A DNA stretch of 64,000 nt from Puniceicoccaceae bacterium (lineage in GTDB: Bacteria > Verrucomicrobiota > Verrucomicrobiia > Opitutales > Oceanipulchritudinaceae). Positions 11,101 through 21,803 of this stretch are shown here, piece after piece (the stretch's first letter is position 1; each line of letters begins with the position of its first letter). Location of the stretch: the NCBI GenBank assembly GCA_040830765.1, contig JBFOMH010000012.1, positions 31,370 through 95,369 on the forward strand. Direction: 5' to 3'. Made by a program: the position numbers and the translations under genes. Under the pieces are notes generated by a model, which had not been told where the DNA came from, did not search any database, and saw only the letters and a program-made list of their open reading frames with translations.

Positions 11101-11492
11101 ACCGTGAAGCGGGTGTGCTTGTTGATGCAGTCCTTGAGGATTCCCGAGTTGATCGGCTTGGTCATGAAATCATCAAGCCCCTTTTCCATCGCCTCGGCAT
11201 CACTTCCCCGCATCGCATCCGCCGTCAGGGCGACAATTGGCGGACATTTGTCACCAAGATCGCGCTTGATGATCTGAGTTGCTTCCACCCCGTCCATACC
11301 CGGCATGTGCAGGTCCATCAGGATCAGGTCGAAGGTCTCGGCCTTCGCTTTATCCACTGCCTCCTGCCCGCTCTCCGCCGTCTCGGCAGAAACTCCCAGC
11401 CGATTAAGTATCAACAAGGCCAGTTTCTGGTTAACCTTGTTGTCTTCAGCTAAAAGTATGCGGCAGGACTCACTGTTTTTTGGTTCATCCAT
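11097..11492 (-). CDS. Stand-alone response regulator receiver (CheY-like)
   Basis: ILLAEDNKVNQ, DLILMDLHMPGMDG, IVALTA, KP. Confidence 0.92.
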   Translation of the reverse strand: MDEPKNSESCRILLAEDNKVNQKLALLILNRLGVSAETAESGQEAVDKAKAETFDLILMDLHMPGMDGVEATQIIKRDLGDKCPPIVALTADAMRGSDAEAMEKGLDDFMTKPINSGILKDCINKHTRFTV

Positions 11493-11592
11493 TCAGTCGA
11501 TCAAGAATTCCTCTAAATACCTAGAGATTGTCGCTTCACATGTAAATGAAATAAAGCTGAAAAATAGTGGGTTTCTAATTATAAAACCCGGT

Positions 11593-12531
11593 CTACACCT
11601 CAGATATACCGCCGTCTGACACATCCAAAGCCGGCTTTTCCCACGCCACGGAATAATCCCGTCCGCTCTCAGACGGATTGCCTCCCGGTCCATACCCGGA
11701 GATATCCAATACGGATTCCAAGGGGACAAATTGTTCCTGGATGCCATCTTTGGATACCCTGAATTCCAGGAATCCCAGCGTGTCGTCCCCATCCGGCCAG
11801 CGGTCTCCCCACTGCGGAAAGGCCGTTGACGGTGCCATCTGAAAAACGATTCCCTCCACCTCGACACGCCGTCGGCAATGGATGTGTCCGGTAATGACCA
11901 GGTCTGCCCGTGTCCGCTTAAATGTATCGAACATCCGGCTACGGTGTGGCTCATCGACGCCAAAGTACCAGGCATTGCGGTCGGTCTCGACGTCCCAGTT
12001 TGGTTCCTCAAGGCGATCAATGAAGAGCGCCGGATGCATCATCCAGACGTGGTACTGCACCCCCGGATCCCGTTCCACGTTATCCATCCACTGCCACATT
12101 TCCAATTCTTCGGGCAGGCCTGAGCCGGCGAGGAAGGCATCAAAGGCACTGAACTGGACATTGCGGTGGACAAATGACCATGCGGACGGACCGAAGACGG
12201 AGCGGTAGTTGTCGATGTAACGCGGCTGCACGCTGACCGGATCACCGGGACGGAACTTGTTGCCGACCTCGTGATTGCCGGGGATGGCATACCAGGGAAA
12301 GGGCATGGCATCGAATTCTCCCCTCGCCAGCTCCAGCTCGAAGCGGTGGGTTGCCCCGTCGCGGGTCATGTCGCCACCGACGAGGAGTAGCTCCGGCTGA
12401 AGATCGAGGATCTGTCGCCGGGCGGTCTGCCAGTTGGCATTCCATGCCGGCTGAAAGCGATAGGAACGCGGTGTCCCGATGTGCATGTCGGTGACGTGGA
12501 TGAAGGTCCACTCATGGTCCGGCGCTGTCAT
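11593..12531 (-). CDS. Calcineurin-like metallophosphoesterase
   Basis: DMH, GGD, PGNHE, GHIH motifs; start overlaps the symporter stop (ATGA). Confidence 0.88.
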   Translation of the reverse strand: MTAPDHEWTFIHVTDMHIGTPRSYRFQPAWNANWQTARRQILDLQPELLLVGGDMTRDGATHRFELELARGEFDAMPFPWYAIPGNHEVGNKFRPGDPVSVQPRYIDNYRSVFGPSAWSFVHRNVQFSAFDAFLAGSGLPEELEMWQWMDNVERDPGVQYHVWMMHPALFIDRLEEPNWDVETDRNAWYFGVDEPHRSRMFDTFKRTRADLVITGHIHCRRRVEVEGIVFQMAPSTAFPQWGDRWPDGDDTLGFLEFRVSKDGIQEQFVPLESVLDISGYGPGGNPSESGRDYSVAWEKPALDVSDGGISEV

Positions 12532-14423
12532 GATTTCGTCCTTGGCCGCATCCGGTACATACCAAATCCGATGAGCAGGAGGAGCCCACTGATTCCGAGA
12601 ACAGAGCCGCGGGCGAGGTTGTTATCAGCCAATGGCAGGATGACCAGACAGAGGGCTCCCATGAACAGCGTCACCAGGCCGACGAGAGAGTAGCTCTTGA
12701 CAACATCATCCCCCTCGGCCTCCAGTTCCTTCTCCGGATCGATGGGGGTATTCAGTTTTTCAAAGAACTGGTCCACTACCGACTGGTCTTTTTCAATATC
12801 GCGGGCATGCCACTTGCCAAATCCGATGACCAGGAACCCGTAGGCCAGGGCCGCCCCAATCGGCCAGACCAGGCCATCCGCCCCGGCCTGCTGGCCAAGG
12901 AACCGGTACAGGATGAAAACTAGAATCCCAAAGCCGATACCAAGGACGATCACACCGGCCCGCGTCTTGCGGAACAGCATCCCCAGCGGCATGGAGGTGT
13001 AGAGGAACAGCACTCCAGCGGCGATGGTCAACAGGTACTGCACGCCGAGGGAATAGCCAAAGTAGAAGCGAATGGAGGTCGCCATGATCACCCCCGCCAG
13101 GATCGAGGCAATGCCACTCCAGCGGGTGATTCGCCGACTCCATAGCCCCGCCACCATGGGAATCGTCACCGGGATGCCAAACAGCCCCAGCACGATGTTG
13201 CTGATGGTGAACAACCCGAGGTCGCTATGAATGATCAGCAGCGCCATGACCACGGCAATGACACTCAGGCCGACGATGGTCAGCCGGCCAACGAGGAGGG
13301 TCTGCTTCTCGGTCGCGTTTGGCTTGAGTATCCCCTTGTAGATGTCCACTGAGACAATTGAGGAGACTGTGTTCCAGACACTGTCGAGGGCGGACATCGA
13401 GGCCGCCATCATGGCGGACAGGAACACCCCGACCATGCCGATGGGCAGGTACTGCATGACCACCGCGATGAAGATGTTTTCGTCAGGCTTGGTGACACTG
13501 GAGAAGTGGGCCAGCTCGCCTATGTCCGGGAAGAGGATGAGGCCCACCAGCGGCGGGACGCCAAAGAGAATGGGACTGGTCAGGAAGAGCGCGAAGCCGA
13601 GCCAGCCGACCTTCATGGCCGCCTTTTCGTCACGCACGCTGTAGAAGCGCTGGGCCTTGTCGCCGACCATGTTGCCGAAGACCCCGGCCACCATGAAGCC
13701 AATCAGGTAGTATTCGTTATAGACCGTGTTCCCCCGCACCACATGGTCGAACTCCAGCGGCGGCAGCGCTTTCAGGAACTCCAGCGGCGTCCCCACATCA
13801 CCGGATAAGAAGATCACCGGAATCAGCACCAGGCAGATGCAGAAAAGGATGATGAACTGGACCACATCCGTCACGCATACCGCCCAGAAGCCACCCGATA
13901 TCGTGTAGACGAGGATGAAGATTCCCGCCGCGATGATCATGATGTCGATCGCCGAGGGCATTCCCGGGAAAAGCGTCGGTGCACAGATCTTGGCCAGCGA
14001 GGCCAGGTGATGACCCGGCCAGTACATCATGCTGAGGATCATCATGATGCTCAGGAAAAGGTGCGTCGGCTTGTTATAGCGGGTCCGTACATACTCCACC
14101 GGCGAGGTTACCCGCGAACGCCGCCAGCGCCGGGCCGATAAAAGAAAGCCGACCAGGAAGCCGGCCGGCTTGACCGCGAAGAAGAGCACCCCGAACATGC
14201 CCGTGTTGTAGACAAAGCTCGCCGCCCCGGTGAACATCCAGGCCGAAAAGGTCGTCATGTAGAGCGAGACTCCGGCCGCCCACCAGGGAATGTGATTCCC
14301 CCCGACAAAGAACTCCTTCCCGCCCTTCATGAAGCGCGAAAAGGCAAACCCTATCCCGAGCATCAGCCCTAGATAGATGAAGATGACAATCAAGTCTATG
14401 TGCCGGATTTCAGCCACGCCCAA
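12528..14423 (-). CDS. Sodium:solute symporter (SSS family)
   Basis: EFFVGGNHIPWWAAGVSLYMTTFSA, GGFWAVCVTDVVQ, AASMSALDS; many TM helices; TTG start uncertain. Confidence 0.9.
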   Translation of the reverse strand: MGVAEIRHIDLIVIFIYLGLMLGIGFAFSRFMKGGKEFFVGGNHIPWWAAGVSLYMTTFSAWMFTGAASFVYNTGMFGVLFFAVKPAGFLVGFLLSARRWRRSRVTSPVEYVRTRYNKPTHLFLSIMMILSMMYWPGHHLASLAKICAPTLFPGMPSAIDIMIIAAGIFILVYTISGGFWAVCVTDVVQFIILFCICLVLIPVIFLSGDVGTPLEFLKALPPLEFDHVVRGNTVYNEYYLIGFMVAGVFGNMVGDKAQRFYSVRDEKAAMKVGWLGFALFLTSPILFGVPPLVGLILFPDIGELAHFSSVTKPDENIFIAVVMQYLPIGMVGVFLSAMMAASMSALDSVWNTVSSIVSVDIYKGILKPNATEKQTLLVGRLTIVGLSVIAVVMALLIIHSDLGLFTISNIVLGLFGIPVTIPMVAGLWSRRITRWSGIASILAGVIMATSIRFYFGYSLGVQYLLTIAAGVLFLYTSMPLGMLFRKTRAGVIVLGIGFGILVFILYRFLGQQAGADGLVWPIGAALAYGFLVIGFGKWHARDIEKDQSVVDQFFEKLNTPIDPEKELEAEGDDVVKSYSLVGLVTLFMGALCLVILPLADNNLARGSVLGISGLLLLIGFGMYRMRPRTKS

Positions 14424-14536
14424 AGCAATGGGCCAGAATGTGGCAATTTACGGCTTGCGGGGCAACAGGGAATTTACGAGCCAGAAAAACCTGATTCCGG
14501 TTACAGGTTGTCATTAGTGACACACAAGTCGTTCCT

Positions 14537-16558
14537 TCAATTCCCAGAGAACGAGGGGAATGAGTCTGGGGCAACGACGACTCGAACATCCTTCAGCGAG
14601 ATCCCATGAATATTCGTGGTATTCAGTCTCAGGACATAGGATCCCGGCTGGTCGAATATGACCGCAGTCGTGGGATTATGCCGATCGACAAACTCAGCCT
14701 CGCCCGGGCCGCTGATCAACTCCCAGTAACTTCTCGAGCTTCCGCTCACCTTTGCCGGTAACTCAAGCGTGGCTTTGGAAGTCCGGACAAGCGGTCCAAT
14801 TTCGATCACAGGAAGCGAGTTTCCCGTGAAGGCGATTTCCAGAATCGGCCGGCGCTCGGCTATCGTTACATCCGAAGCAAAGCACATCACCCCGTTGGCG
14901 CCTGCCTCTGCTTCAGGAGCCAGCAGGAGTAGATTGAGACTTTCCCCCGATCTGAGCGAATCGAGCGCGGTGGCCACCATCGCTGCACTGCTGGGAAAGG
15001 TCATGTATCCCGGAGTGTCCGGTCCTTCGGGGCCGAGGCTCGATAAGACTGATTCAAGAAAGTCGCCTCCCGGCATGGCCCAAGGTTTTCCTGGCTGGCT
15101 ATCCTTCCATGTTGAGCCGGTGCCAACGCCATCAACCCTGAACCCATCTCCATCGCCCTCCGAGAACTCACTTAATAGCTGCCGAATTTCAATTACCGGG
15201 GCCGCCCCCCCATAACTACCTTTTTTCCACAGTTTCAGTTCAACTGAATGGAGCTCGGCATCCGCAGGGAGTGCCCGGAGATCGAAGGAAAGCAATGAAC
15301 GGAGACGCTTGCCCTTCTGTTTTCCCACCCGCAGGTCATCATCGCGGCCCATGGTCTTGTCGGGCTCGGCTTCAGAAAGCGTTGTTGAGGCAGCCACCTG
15401 TCCGCTTACCCCGTGAATGAACTGCCGCACAACTGGCACAGCAACTGATACTGAAATAGTGGCTGCTTGAACGGGAGATTCAGCTACCGGCAGACACTGC
15501 AGGACGTAAGCGCCGGGCTCGGAGAACCGGGCAGATGTTGAGGGCGAGGCAGGGTCATCAAACTTGACCTCCCCCGGTCCCGAGGACTTAGACCATGCTA
15601 CAGAGGCCACCGACTCACTCCCCTGCCCCACAGCCTTGGCAAGCAACTGCAAGGCGTGATCCGTATCCGGCAGCGCGATGCCGTTGACGGGATCAGGACT
15701 CAGGATTTCAACCCCGACAACGGGCAGTTTCTCAAAGATACGTATGTAGTCATACTGTGTCTCAGCAGGCAGCTGGGTATCATCCACTGCCGTTGTCTTG
15801 GGACCAAGTTTCGCTGCAAGGCAGGACAACCAGACATTGAAATCATTGTGGGGGAACTGCGATGCCTCAGCCACCCGAACCAACTCGCCATTGAAAAAGT
15901 AGCGCAATTCGGTCGGGGTAAATTCCATTCCATAGACATGGAAATCCTCGGCAAGCGACACCTCGGGATAAATCTGCTTGGTTCCGATCTTGCGATGGAT
16001 ATGAGGCAACCATTGATGGGCGTCGACCTGGTAATGATGGGGATCTGACGAGTCATTCTCCACCACGTCCAACTCAATGTGGACGGAATCCCTGGGTAAA
16101 GTATTGAGCACCTTGTCTCGCATCATCCAGAAGGAGGAGTGCCAACCCTCTCCCTTCGGGGTCTTCATCCGCGTCTCGTAGTAACCATAGCGGAAGAGCC
16201 CCTTTGTTATGATACCCCCTCCGGTGTACTCCTTGCCGTTGGCCTGCTCCTTTCGCAAATGAATCCGGTAGAGCCCATCCGACTCGGAATTGTTGGCCGG
16301 GAGCATCGTGCTCCACAGCTTGGACCCGGTGCGATAGTACCACTTGGACTCGTCAATGGACCCGTCATTAAACTCATCCGACCAGGACAAACGGTATCCA
16401 TCCACCACATTCCCGTGCGGTTGTACGGCCGGATCGCTGGCCGGATCGATTCCCTGGCCAAAGCTGAATGGAGTAGCTGCGAGGTAAAACGAACTGAGGA
16501 ATAAACTCCTTACCAGTTGTTTCAGGTTCAGGGTAATGAGGGTAACAATCCTGGTCAT
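14537..16558 (-). CDS. Secreted GH16 glycoside hydrolase with PKD-like and DNRLRE-like accessory modules
   Basis: Signal peptide; WSDEFN, YGYYE, catalytic ELDVVE, FHVYGMEF; two WS(K/E)..GPG...F Ig-like modules flank an RSLLSFDL...RRPILEI module. Confidence 0.85.
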   Translation of the reverse strand: MTRIVTLITLNLKQLVRSLFLSSFYLAATPFSFGQGIDPASDPAVQPHGNVVDGYRLSWSDEFNDGSIDESKWYYRTGSKLWSTMLPANNSESDGLYRIHLRKEQANGKEYTGGGIITKGLFRYGYYETRMKTPKGEGWHSSFWMMRDKVLNTLPRDSVHIELDVVENDSSDPHHYQVDAHQWLPHIHRKIGTKQIYPEVSLAEDFHVYGMEFTPTELRYFFNGELVRVAEASQFPHNDFNVWLSCLAAKLGPKTTAVDDTQLPAETQYDYIRIFEKLPVVGVEILSPDPVNGIALPDTDHALQLLAKAVGQGSESVASVAWSKSSGPGEVKFDDPASPSTSARFSEPGAYVLQCLPVAESPVQAATISVSVAVPVVRQFIHGVSGQVAASTTLSEAEPDKTMGRDDDLRVGKQKGKRLRSLLSFDLRALPADAELHSVELKLWKKGSYGGAAPVIEIRQLLSEFSEGDGDGFRVDGVGTGSTWKDSQPGKPWAMPGGDFLESVLSSLGPEGPDTPGYMTFPSSAAMVATALDSLRSGESLNLLLLAPEAEAGANGVMCFASDVTIAERRPILEIAFTGNSLPVIEIGPLVRTSKATLELPAKVSGSSRSYWELISGPGEAEFVDRHNPTTAVIFDQPGSYVLRLNTTNIHGISLKDVRVVVAPDSFPSFSGN

Positions 16559-16592
16559 GATCAGGATTTTATAAAATAAAGTCTCTACTGAC

Positions 16593-16628
16593 TATGCATT
16601 ATACGGTGCTTCATATTCCTTTTTGGAC
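16593..16628 (-). promoter_or_regulatory. Tandem operator half-sites with -10 TAAAAT (16566-16571) upstream of the GH16 gene
   Basis: TATGCATTATACGGT (16593) and TATTCCTTTTTGGAC (16614), 21-bp period; same geometry as five other promoters. Confidence 0.55.
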
Positions 16629-16697
16629 CTTGTGCGATTCGACGACTCAGCGTCACGCAGCTTGGCCCGCTAGATATCTTTGGGAGCCACTTCCGCT

Positions 16698-17810
16698 TCA
16701 GTCTTTGGAATCCAATTCGTAATACGAAAGGGTATAAGGCTTGCTGTGGCCGGAGTTAACCATACCCGGGCTGCTCATGAGGTCAAAATTCGAAATCACG
16801 ACCTTGCCCTCGTAAACCATCAGGTCCGCCGGCTGATCGAGTTCTCCATTGGCACCATCATTATCCGGATACTCAGCCAGGACCTTGATTTCACCCTTTG
16901 GGCTCACTCGGTAGAGTCGATTCTTGGCAAAGGCCGCGCAATAGAGGTTGTCATCCGCATCCATACACATGCCATCTATCGCGGCATCGTTCGGAAGCTG
17001 GGCGTAAACCTCTTCACTTATCATTTCTCCAGCATCGTCCAGCTTGAGCTTATGGATCGTGCCGTCGCCCAGGTTGCCCACAAAAAGATTCCCTTCCTTG
17101 TCAAATGCGAGCCCGTCCAGCCCCATCCTACGCTCCTGGTTCTTCACGTTCACGGCGAAGACCAGATTCGTATCCTCTCTTGTATTGCTCACGGCCACAT
17201 TCCGGTCGGTGTAGGCAAAGCGATACACCCCGCCTGTCATACGGCCGGGCGCATACTGAGGCATTACTGGCTGGGTAACGTAAACTGCCCCATCCCGACA
17301 GCGAACCCCGTTAGGCGACTGCATGCCCATCGCAACCGTCTCCGTGCTCACCAGTCTATCGTCCTCGAATACCATCCGTAAAAGCCGGCCGCGGTTGGGG
17401 CCTTGGGTATCCGCCACGTACAAGGCTCCGTCCTCGCCATAGGCAATGCCCATCGGATTTGTTCGGTCCCCACCCTCGGGAAGGGGAATTTCAGCAAGCT
17501 TGGTTACCTTACCTTCGGACGTCACCTTAACCAGCACCCCCGGCTGGGACTGGTCCGCAAAGTTCGGACAGCTCAATGTCAGACTTCCGTCTGGCGCAAT
17601 GGCAAACGCATCGGGGGTCGGGCAATAGTCAGGTAATGTCGCGAACAGCTTTGTGGTCTGCAAAGAGCCTGGCGCTGCTGTGTCCTGAGTACCATAAAAT
17701 CGGTCCGCGCTTGATGCGCTAGCCGATTCAACTGCGATAGTTGGTTGTAATGCCACTAGGGACAAAGCAGCTCCCACGATAGTAGTTCGAGATATACTGT
17801 TTTTTCGCAT
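16698..17810 (-). CDS. SMP-30/gluconolactonase-like beta-propeller, secreted
   Basis: Start MRKNS with signal peptide; NPMGIAY, SPNGV, DGLAFDKEGNLFV, DGMCMDADDNLY propeller blades. Confidence 0.8.
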   Translation of the reverse strand: MRKNSISRTTIVGAALSLVALQPTIAVESASASSADRFYGTQDTAAPGSLQTTKLFATLPDYCPTPDAFAIAPDGSLTLSCPNFADQSQPGVLVKVTSEGKVTKLAEIPLPEGGDRTNPMGIAYGEDGALYVADTQGPNRGRLLRMVFEDDRLVSTETVAMGMQSPNGVRCRDGAVYVTQPVMPQYAPGRMTGGVYRFAYTDRNVAVSNTREDTNLVFAVNVKNQERRMGLDGLAFDKEGNLFVGNLGDGTIHKLKLDDAGEMISEEVYAQLPNDAAIDGMCMDADDNLYCAAFAKNRLYRVSPKGEIKVLAEYPDNDGANGELDQPADLMVYEGKVVISNFDLMSSPGMVNSGHSKPYTLSYYELDSKD

Positions 17811-17880
17811 AGGTTTTCTTAATCGGGTATCGTTCAGGGGTGAATGAATCGAAAAGGACGTGCGGGCAGTAAAACCGGAA

Positions 17881-19284
17881 TCAATAATCCGCAGCGGGAG
17901 GTTCGCTGAACTCAGTAGCTCGCCGGGCCGACCAAGCCTCCTCCTGGCGGCGTAAAAGGAAAAGCGGACGCTCCAATTCCATTTCCCAAGCGAACAGTTT
18001 TTTGAAGAGATCTGCCACGCGTTCGGGCTGGGCATGAGCCAGGTCATTTTGTTCGCCGGGATCCTCCGCTAGATTGTAGAGCTGGGCAGGGCGGTCAGGA
18101 AAACGGAGAAGTTTCCAGTCCCCGTGGCGAATGGCCGCGCGAGTCTCCATTTTCCAGTAGAGAGTTTCGTGCGGTCGGCCATCACGCTCGCCCAGGAGGA
18201 AGGGAGTCATGTCGATACCATCAAGACCCTCAATCTCAGAAGGATTACCGCCACCCGCCCGGACGAAAGTTGGAATCAGGTCGAGGGTGCTCAGGGGTTG
18301 TTCGTATACCTCCCCGGAGGGCAGTCGGGCTGGCCAGGCTATCAAACCAGGAACACGGATTCCGCCTTCGAGTTGCGTTCCTTTCACACCGGCAAAGGGA
18401 TAGTTGCTCGAACCGTTTCGATCCATTGGCCCCCCATTGTCATTCGTGAAAACGATGATCGTGTTTTCCAGCTCACCGAGGGCACGGAGTTTTTCAATGA
18501 TTTTCCCGCAAGCCCGGTCCAGTGACGCTGTCATCTGGGCGTTGATCCGCCGTTCGCCGGAGAGCTGAGGATAGGCGTCTTCATCTTCGGGAGCTGTCTG
18601 CATCGGAACGTGCGGTGCGGTGAAAGAAACGAAGGCAAAAAACGGGCGATCCCGGTTGCGCTCAATAAAGGCGCAGGTTTCGTCGGCGAGCACATCCGTA
18701 AGATAGCCTTGGTGTTCCCCGTAGTTCTCAAAGCCCCGCTCCATGAGATTTTCATGTGCCTGTTCTTCAGGGTTCTCGTAGGGAAAGTAGCTGCGTGCAC
18801 CGCCGCGGAATCCGTAAAACTCGTCGAAGCCCCTCAGGAAGGGATGGTAGCGGTCGGCGACACCCATGTGCCACTTCCCGAAGACGGCGGTTTGGTACCC
18901 CAGGTCCTGGAGGTAATCGCCCATTGTATCGAGATCAGTCGGCAGCCCCATTTCGTCACCCAGAAGTTTGCTACTGGAGCTCATAATTCCCGGGACGTTG
19001 ATTTCCTCGTATCCAAACCGTTGTTGGTATCGACCTGAAAGCATGCCAGCTCGTGACGGTCCGCATGTGGCGCCAGTAACGTAGAAATTGGATAATCGCA
19101 CGCCTGACTCGGCGAGCCGGTCGAGGTGCGGCGTTTCATGATGATGGCTGCCATGAAAGCCAAAGTCCCCGTAGCCTGCATCGTCGGCAAAGAGAAGAAT
19201 GATATTAGGTTTATCTATGGAGCCCGTTAGTGACGAAAGGCCGAGGGTGACGACTATCAGAGTCAGTTTAATCGGTATGTGCAT
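17881..19284 (-). CDS. Sulfatase (family S1)
   Basis: PNIILLFADDAGYGD, CGPSR, GKWHMG, DNGG; start MHIPIK with signal peptide. Confidence 0.94.
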   Translation of the reverse strand: MHIPIKLTLIVVTLGLSSLTGSIDKPNIILLFADDAGYGDFGFHGSHHHETPHLDRLAESGVRLSNFYVTGATCGPSRAGMLSGRYQQRFGYEEINVPGIMSSSSKLLGDEMGLPTDLDTMGDYLQDLGYQTAVFGKWHMGVADRYHPFLRGFDEFYGFRGGARSYFPYENPEEQAHENLMERGFENYGEHQGYLTDVLADETCAFIERNRDRPFFAFVSFTAPHVPMQTAPEDEDAYPQLSGERRINAQMTASLDRACGKIIEKLRALGELENTIIVFTNDNGGPMDRNGSSNYPFAGVKGTQLEGGIRVPGLIAWPARLPSGEVYEQPLSTLDLIPTFVRAGGGNPSEIEGLDGIDMTPFLLGERDGRPHETLYWKMETRAAIRHGDWKLLRFPDRPAQLYNLAEDPGEQNDLAHAQPERVADLFKKLFAWEMELERPLFLLRRQEEAWSARRATEFSEPPAADY

Positions 19285-19446
19285 ATCATTGATTCGAGTT
19301 GAAGGTGAAATTGTAACGCATTGGAAGAATACACTATGATCGCACGGCAAATCTTATTGAGGTTCAACTTCCAACAGGAACATGCCGAGAAGAATGGATG
19401 CGGGAACTTTCATAATGTCCGGTGTTAACTATTCGACGCTTTGGCG

Positions 19447-21759
19447 CTATTGGAATGAAATCACGATGTCGTCTGCATAACACCGGTCGCCGTTCCAGTT
19501 GCCTTGGGAGGTGAAGCGGAGCTCTGCTGCAGGGCCGAATAAGTACGCACTACTGTCAATGATAGCATTGCCGAAATAGCGCGTCCCGTTTGAGGAAAAA
19601 CTGGGATTGAGAAACTCGGCCACTGTCTCCCACGGACTGGCTGAAGAGGCCCTGAATTGCAGACTGATACCCTCTCCTGAACCGGCACCCTCGTAGACGT
19701 AGGTCAGTTCCACTTTGACCCGGGATTTGCCGACAAGGTTTAAAGTGGGGACAAGCGGCATGATGCCAGTCCGGGTGATCCTGACCGCAGAAGTGCCGCT
19801 GTAGGCGTAGGGTGTACTGTTAATCAATTGGACAAAGTCATCAGAGTCGTCCCAGTTGCCGATGCCGAAGTCAAAAAAGTCGAAATATAATTGGGTATAG
19901 GAGCTTACCTGAATTTCCAGCTGAGCCGTAGTTGCGCCCCCTGCCGCGTCCACTGCCTGTACATGGAAGGTATTCAGGCCGTTATCCCCGGAAGCGGGTG
20001 TCCCTGAGAGGGCTCCATTGTTTGAAACGGAGAGCCATGCAGGACCGGAAGCCTTGACGTAAGTAAAGGGATCACCCTCCGGATCAGTCGCTTCACCTGC
20101 AATGGATGAATTGTAGGTTTCGTTGACCGCTGCCTCTGGTCGGTAAATAAGACTGGAGGTGAACACTGGTGGCTGATTAACCGGTGTGCGGTCTACCACA
20201 TCCACAATGACAAACAAGCTGTCACCAACAGACGGAAGCACGACCAAATATTCCTGGACTGAACCATCATTGAGGGCGGGAATAACGGTCTGGTGAGTTG
20301 TCCAATGCTCAGGAGCCAAAGTGGAGGAAGTCCTGACGTGCGCAGCCAAAAAGGTATCGTTTCGCAAGCTGAAATGAAAGTTGAAGGTCTGTGGGTTTAT
20401 AAAGGGACGCACAGCCAACATTGAGGAACTGCCGGGATTACCACCAAATACATACTCGTACCAATCGTTATCAGAATCCCCATCCTTGTCATCCGCCTTC
20501 GAACCGGAAAGATTGTAGGTGCTGATGTAAGTGCTCAGGGGCCCGGGCTGGATGGAGACATGAAGCGTTGCGGTATCCTGTTTGTCGTAATCACTTACTT
20601 GGACAGTAAAGGCATTCGTACCAACATTACCCATGCCTGGAGTTCCGGAAAGAGTGCCGTCTTCAGCCACACTGAGCCAGCCGGGGCCGGAAACCTTGGA
20701 GAATGTCAGGGCGTCTCCCTCGGGATCGGTTGCATTGGCTGCAAGACTCCCGGAAATCGGCATCCCTTCGGTCGCACTACTGGAGACAGGATCGCTGGTA
20801 AATCTCGGGGCTTGATTCGGGGCACGCTGCCAGACCCGGATATAATCAACAACATACTCCACGTCCGGAGTATTGATACCCGGCACACCCCACCACGGGA
20901 AGATTTCCGAGTCAGCCCAGATGTGCTGCCCGGCAGTCAGTGGCCAACGTGTTGAGGGAACATAGGGTGGGTTAAGATAAACGCCGCTCTCTACATCGGT
21001 TTTCTTGACGTCGTAGTGAAGAACACCGTCAACATAGATCTTCACTCCTTGGTTATCCCATTCCGCCGCCACAATGTGAAATCCTTCACTGAAGTCGAAA
21101 TCCGGTGAGATATCCTTCGTTTGCGTCCAGGCATTGTTCGGATTCGATCCGTAATACCAGTCGTGAATGGAAGACCAAAGCTTGTTGTCCCTTTGTCCGA
21201 TACCGACACCTTCAAAGACATCAAGTTCCGCGCCACTACCGGTTGTCCAGAAAGCCCCCGTCGTGTACGCATTGGGTAACCGGCACCGGATTTCCATGTA
21301 CCCCTGGTTGAAGGTCTGCTTACTTGAAATACCACCTGTTGTATACTGAAACGGGTAGACACTTGGATCCGGGAAGTCGCGTGACTGCGGTTTCCAGTCA
21401 TAGTCCGGCTCGTACTTGGTGGTGATCTTCAGGAAGCCCCCGTCTACGCGAACGTTGCCAGGGGAGAATTGCCAACCCGTATCCCAGTTGTCGCCCAAAG
21501 CCGTACTGTACCCACGCCCGACAAAATTTGAGCGATATTCCCCATTCCTGCCCTGGACAAGCCACTTGTTTTCGTCGACACCCGTACCATCGGGCTGGGT
21601 GCCGCTGAATTCATCGCTCATATTGCCCAGCAGAATCCAATTGCCCTGATTTGTCGGATCGGTGTGCGGATAGGGTTGTGCGACCAGCACACCACTTACC
21701 ATCAAAGTGAAAATGGTAACATTCAGAAAGCTGACGATATGCAAGTACTTGAAATTCAT
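19447..21759 (-). CDS. Multimodular GH16 with two Ig/cadherin-like repeats
   Basis: SDEFSG, catalytic ELDVFE, YIRVWQ; two repeats ATDPEGD.LT..K.SGP.WLSV...G.LSGTP. Confidence 0.88.
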   Translation of the reverse strand: MNFKYLHIVSFLNVTIFTLMVSGVLVAQPYPHTDPTNQGNWILLGNMSDEFSGTQPDGTGVDENKWLVQGRNGEYRSNFVGRGYSTALGDNWDTGWQFSPGNVRVDGGFLKITTKYEPDYDWKPQSRDFPDPSVYPFQYTTGGISSKQTFNQGYMEIRCRLPNAYTTGAFWTTGSGAELDVFEGVGIGQRDNKLWSSIHDWYYGSNPNNAWTQTKDISPDFDFSEGFHIVAAEWDNQGVKIYVDGVLHYDVKKTDVESGVYLNPPYVPSTRWPLTAGQHIWADSEIFPWWGVPGINTPDVEYVVDYIRVWQRAPNQAPRFTSDPVSSSATEGMPISGSLAANATDPEGDALTFSKVSGPGWLSVAEDGTLSGTPGMGNVGTNAFTVQVSDYDKQDTATLHVSIQPGPLSTYISTYNLSGSKADDKDGDSDNDWYEYVFGGNPGSSSMLAVRPFINPQTFNFHFSLRNDTFLAAHVRTSSTLAPEHWTTHQTVIPALNDGSVQEYLVVLPSVGDSLFVIVDVVDRTPVNQPPVFTSSLIYRPEAAVNETYNSSIAGEATDPEGDPFTYVKASGPAWLSVSNNGALSGTPASGDNGLNTFHVQAVDAAGGATTAQLEIQVSSYTQLYFDFFDFGIGNWDDSDDFVQLINSTPYAYSGTSAVRITRTGIMPLVPTLNLVGKSRVKVELTYVYEGAGSGEGISLQFRASSASPWETVAEFLNPSFSSNGTRYFGNAIIDSSAYLFGPAAELRFTSQGNWNGDRCYADDIVISFQ

Positions 21760-21803
21760 GAGATCAATGTTTGAGCATTACCGTTCAAGGTAACAAACCG
21801 ACT

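Noticed and set aside
19310..19349. Seventh operator/-10 pair upstream of the sulfatase starting at 19284
   Set aside because: A TACAAT -10 is present but the half-site match (TATGATCGCACGGC) is poor and mis-spaced
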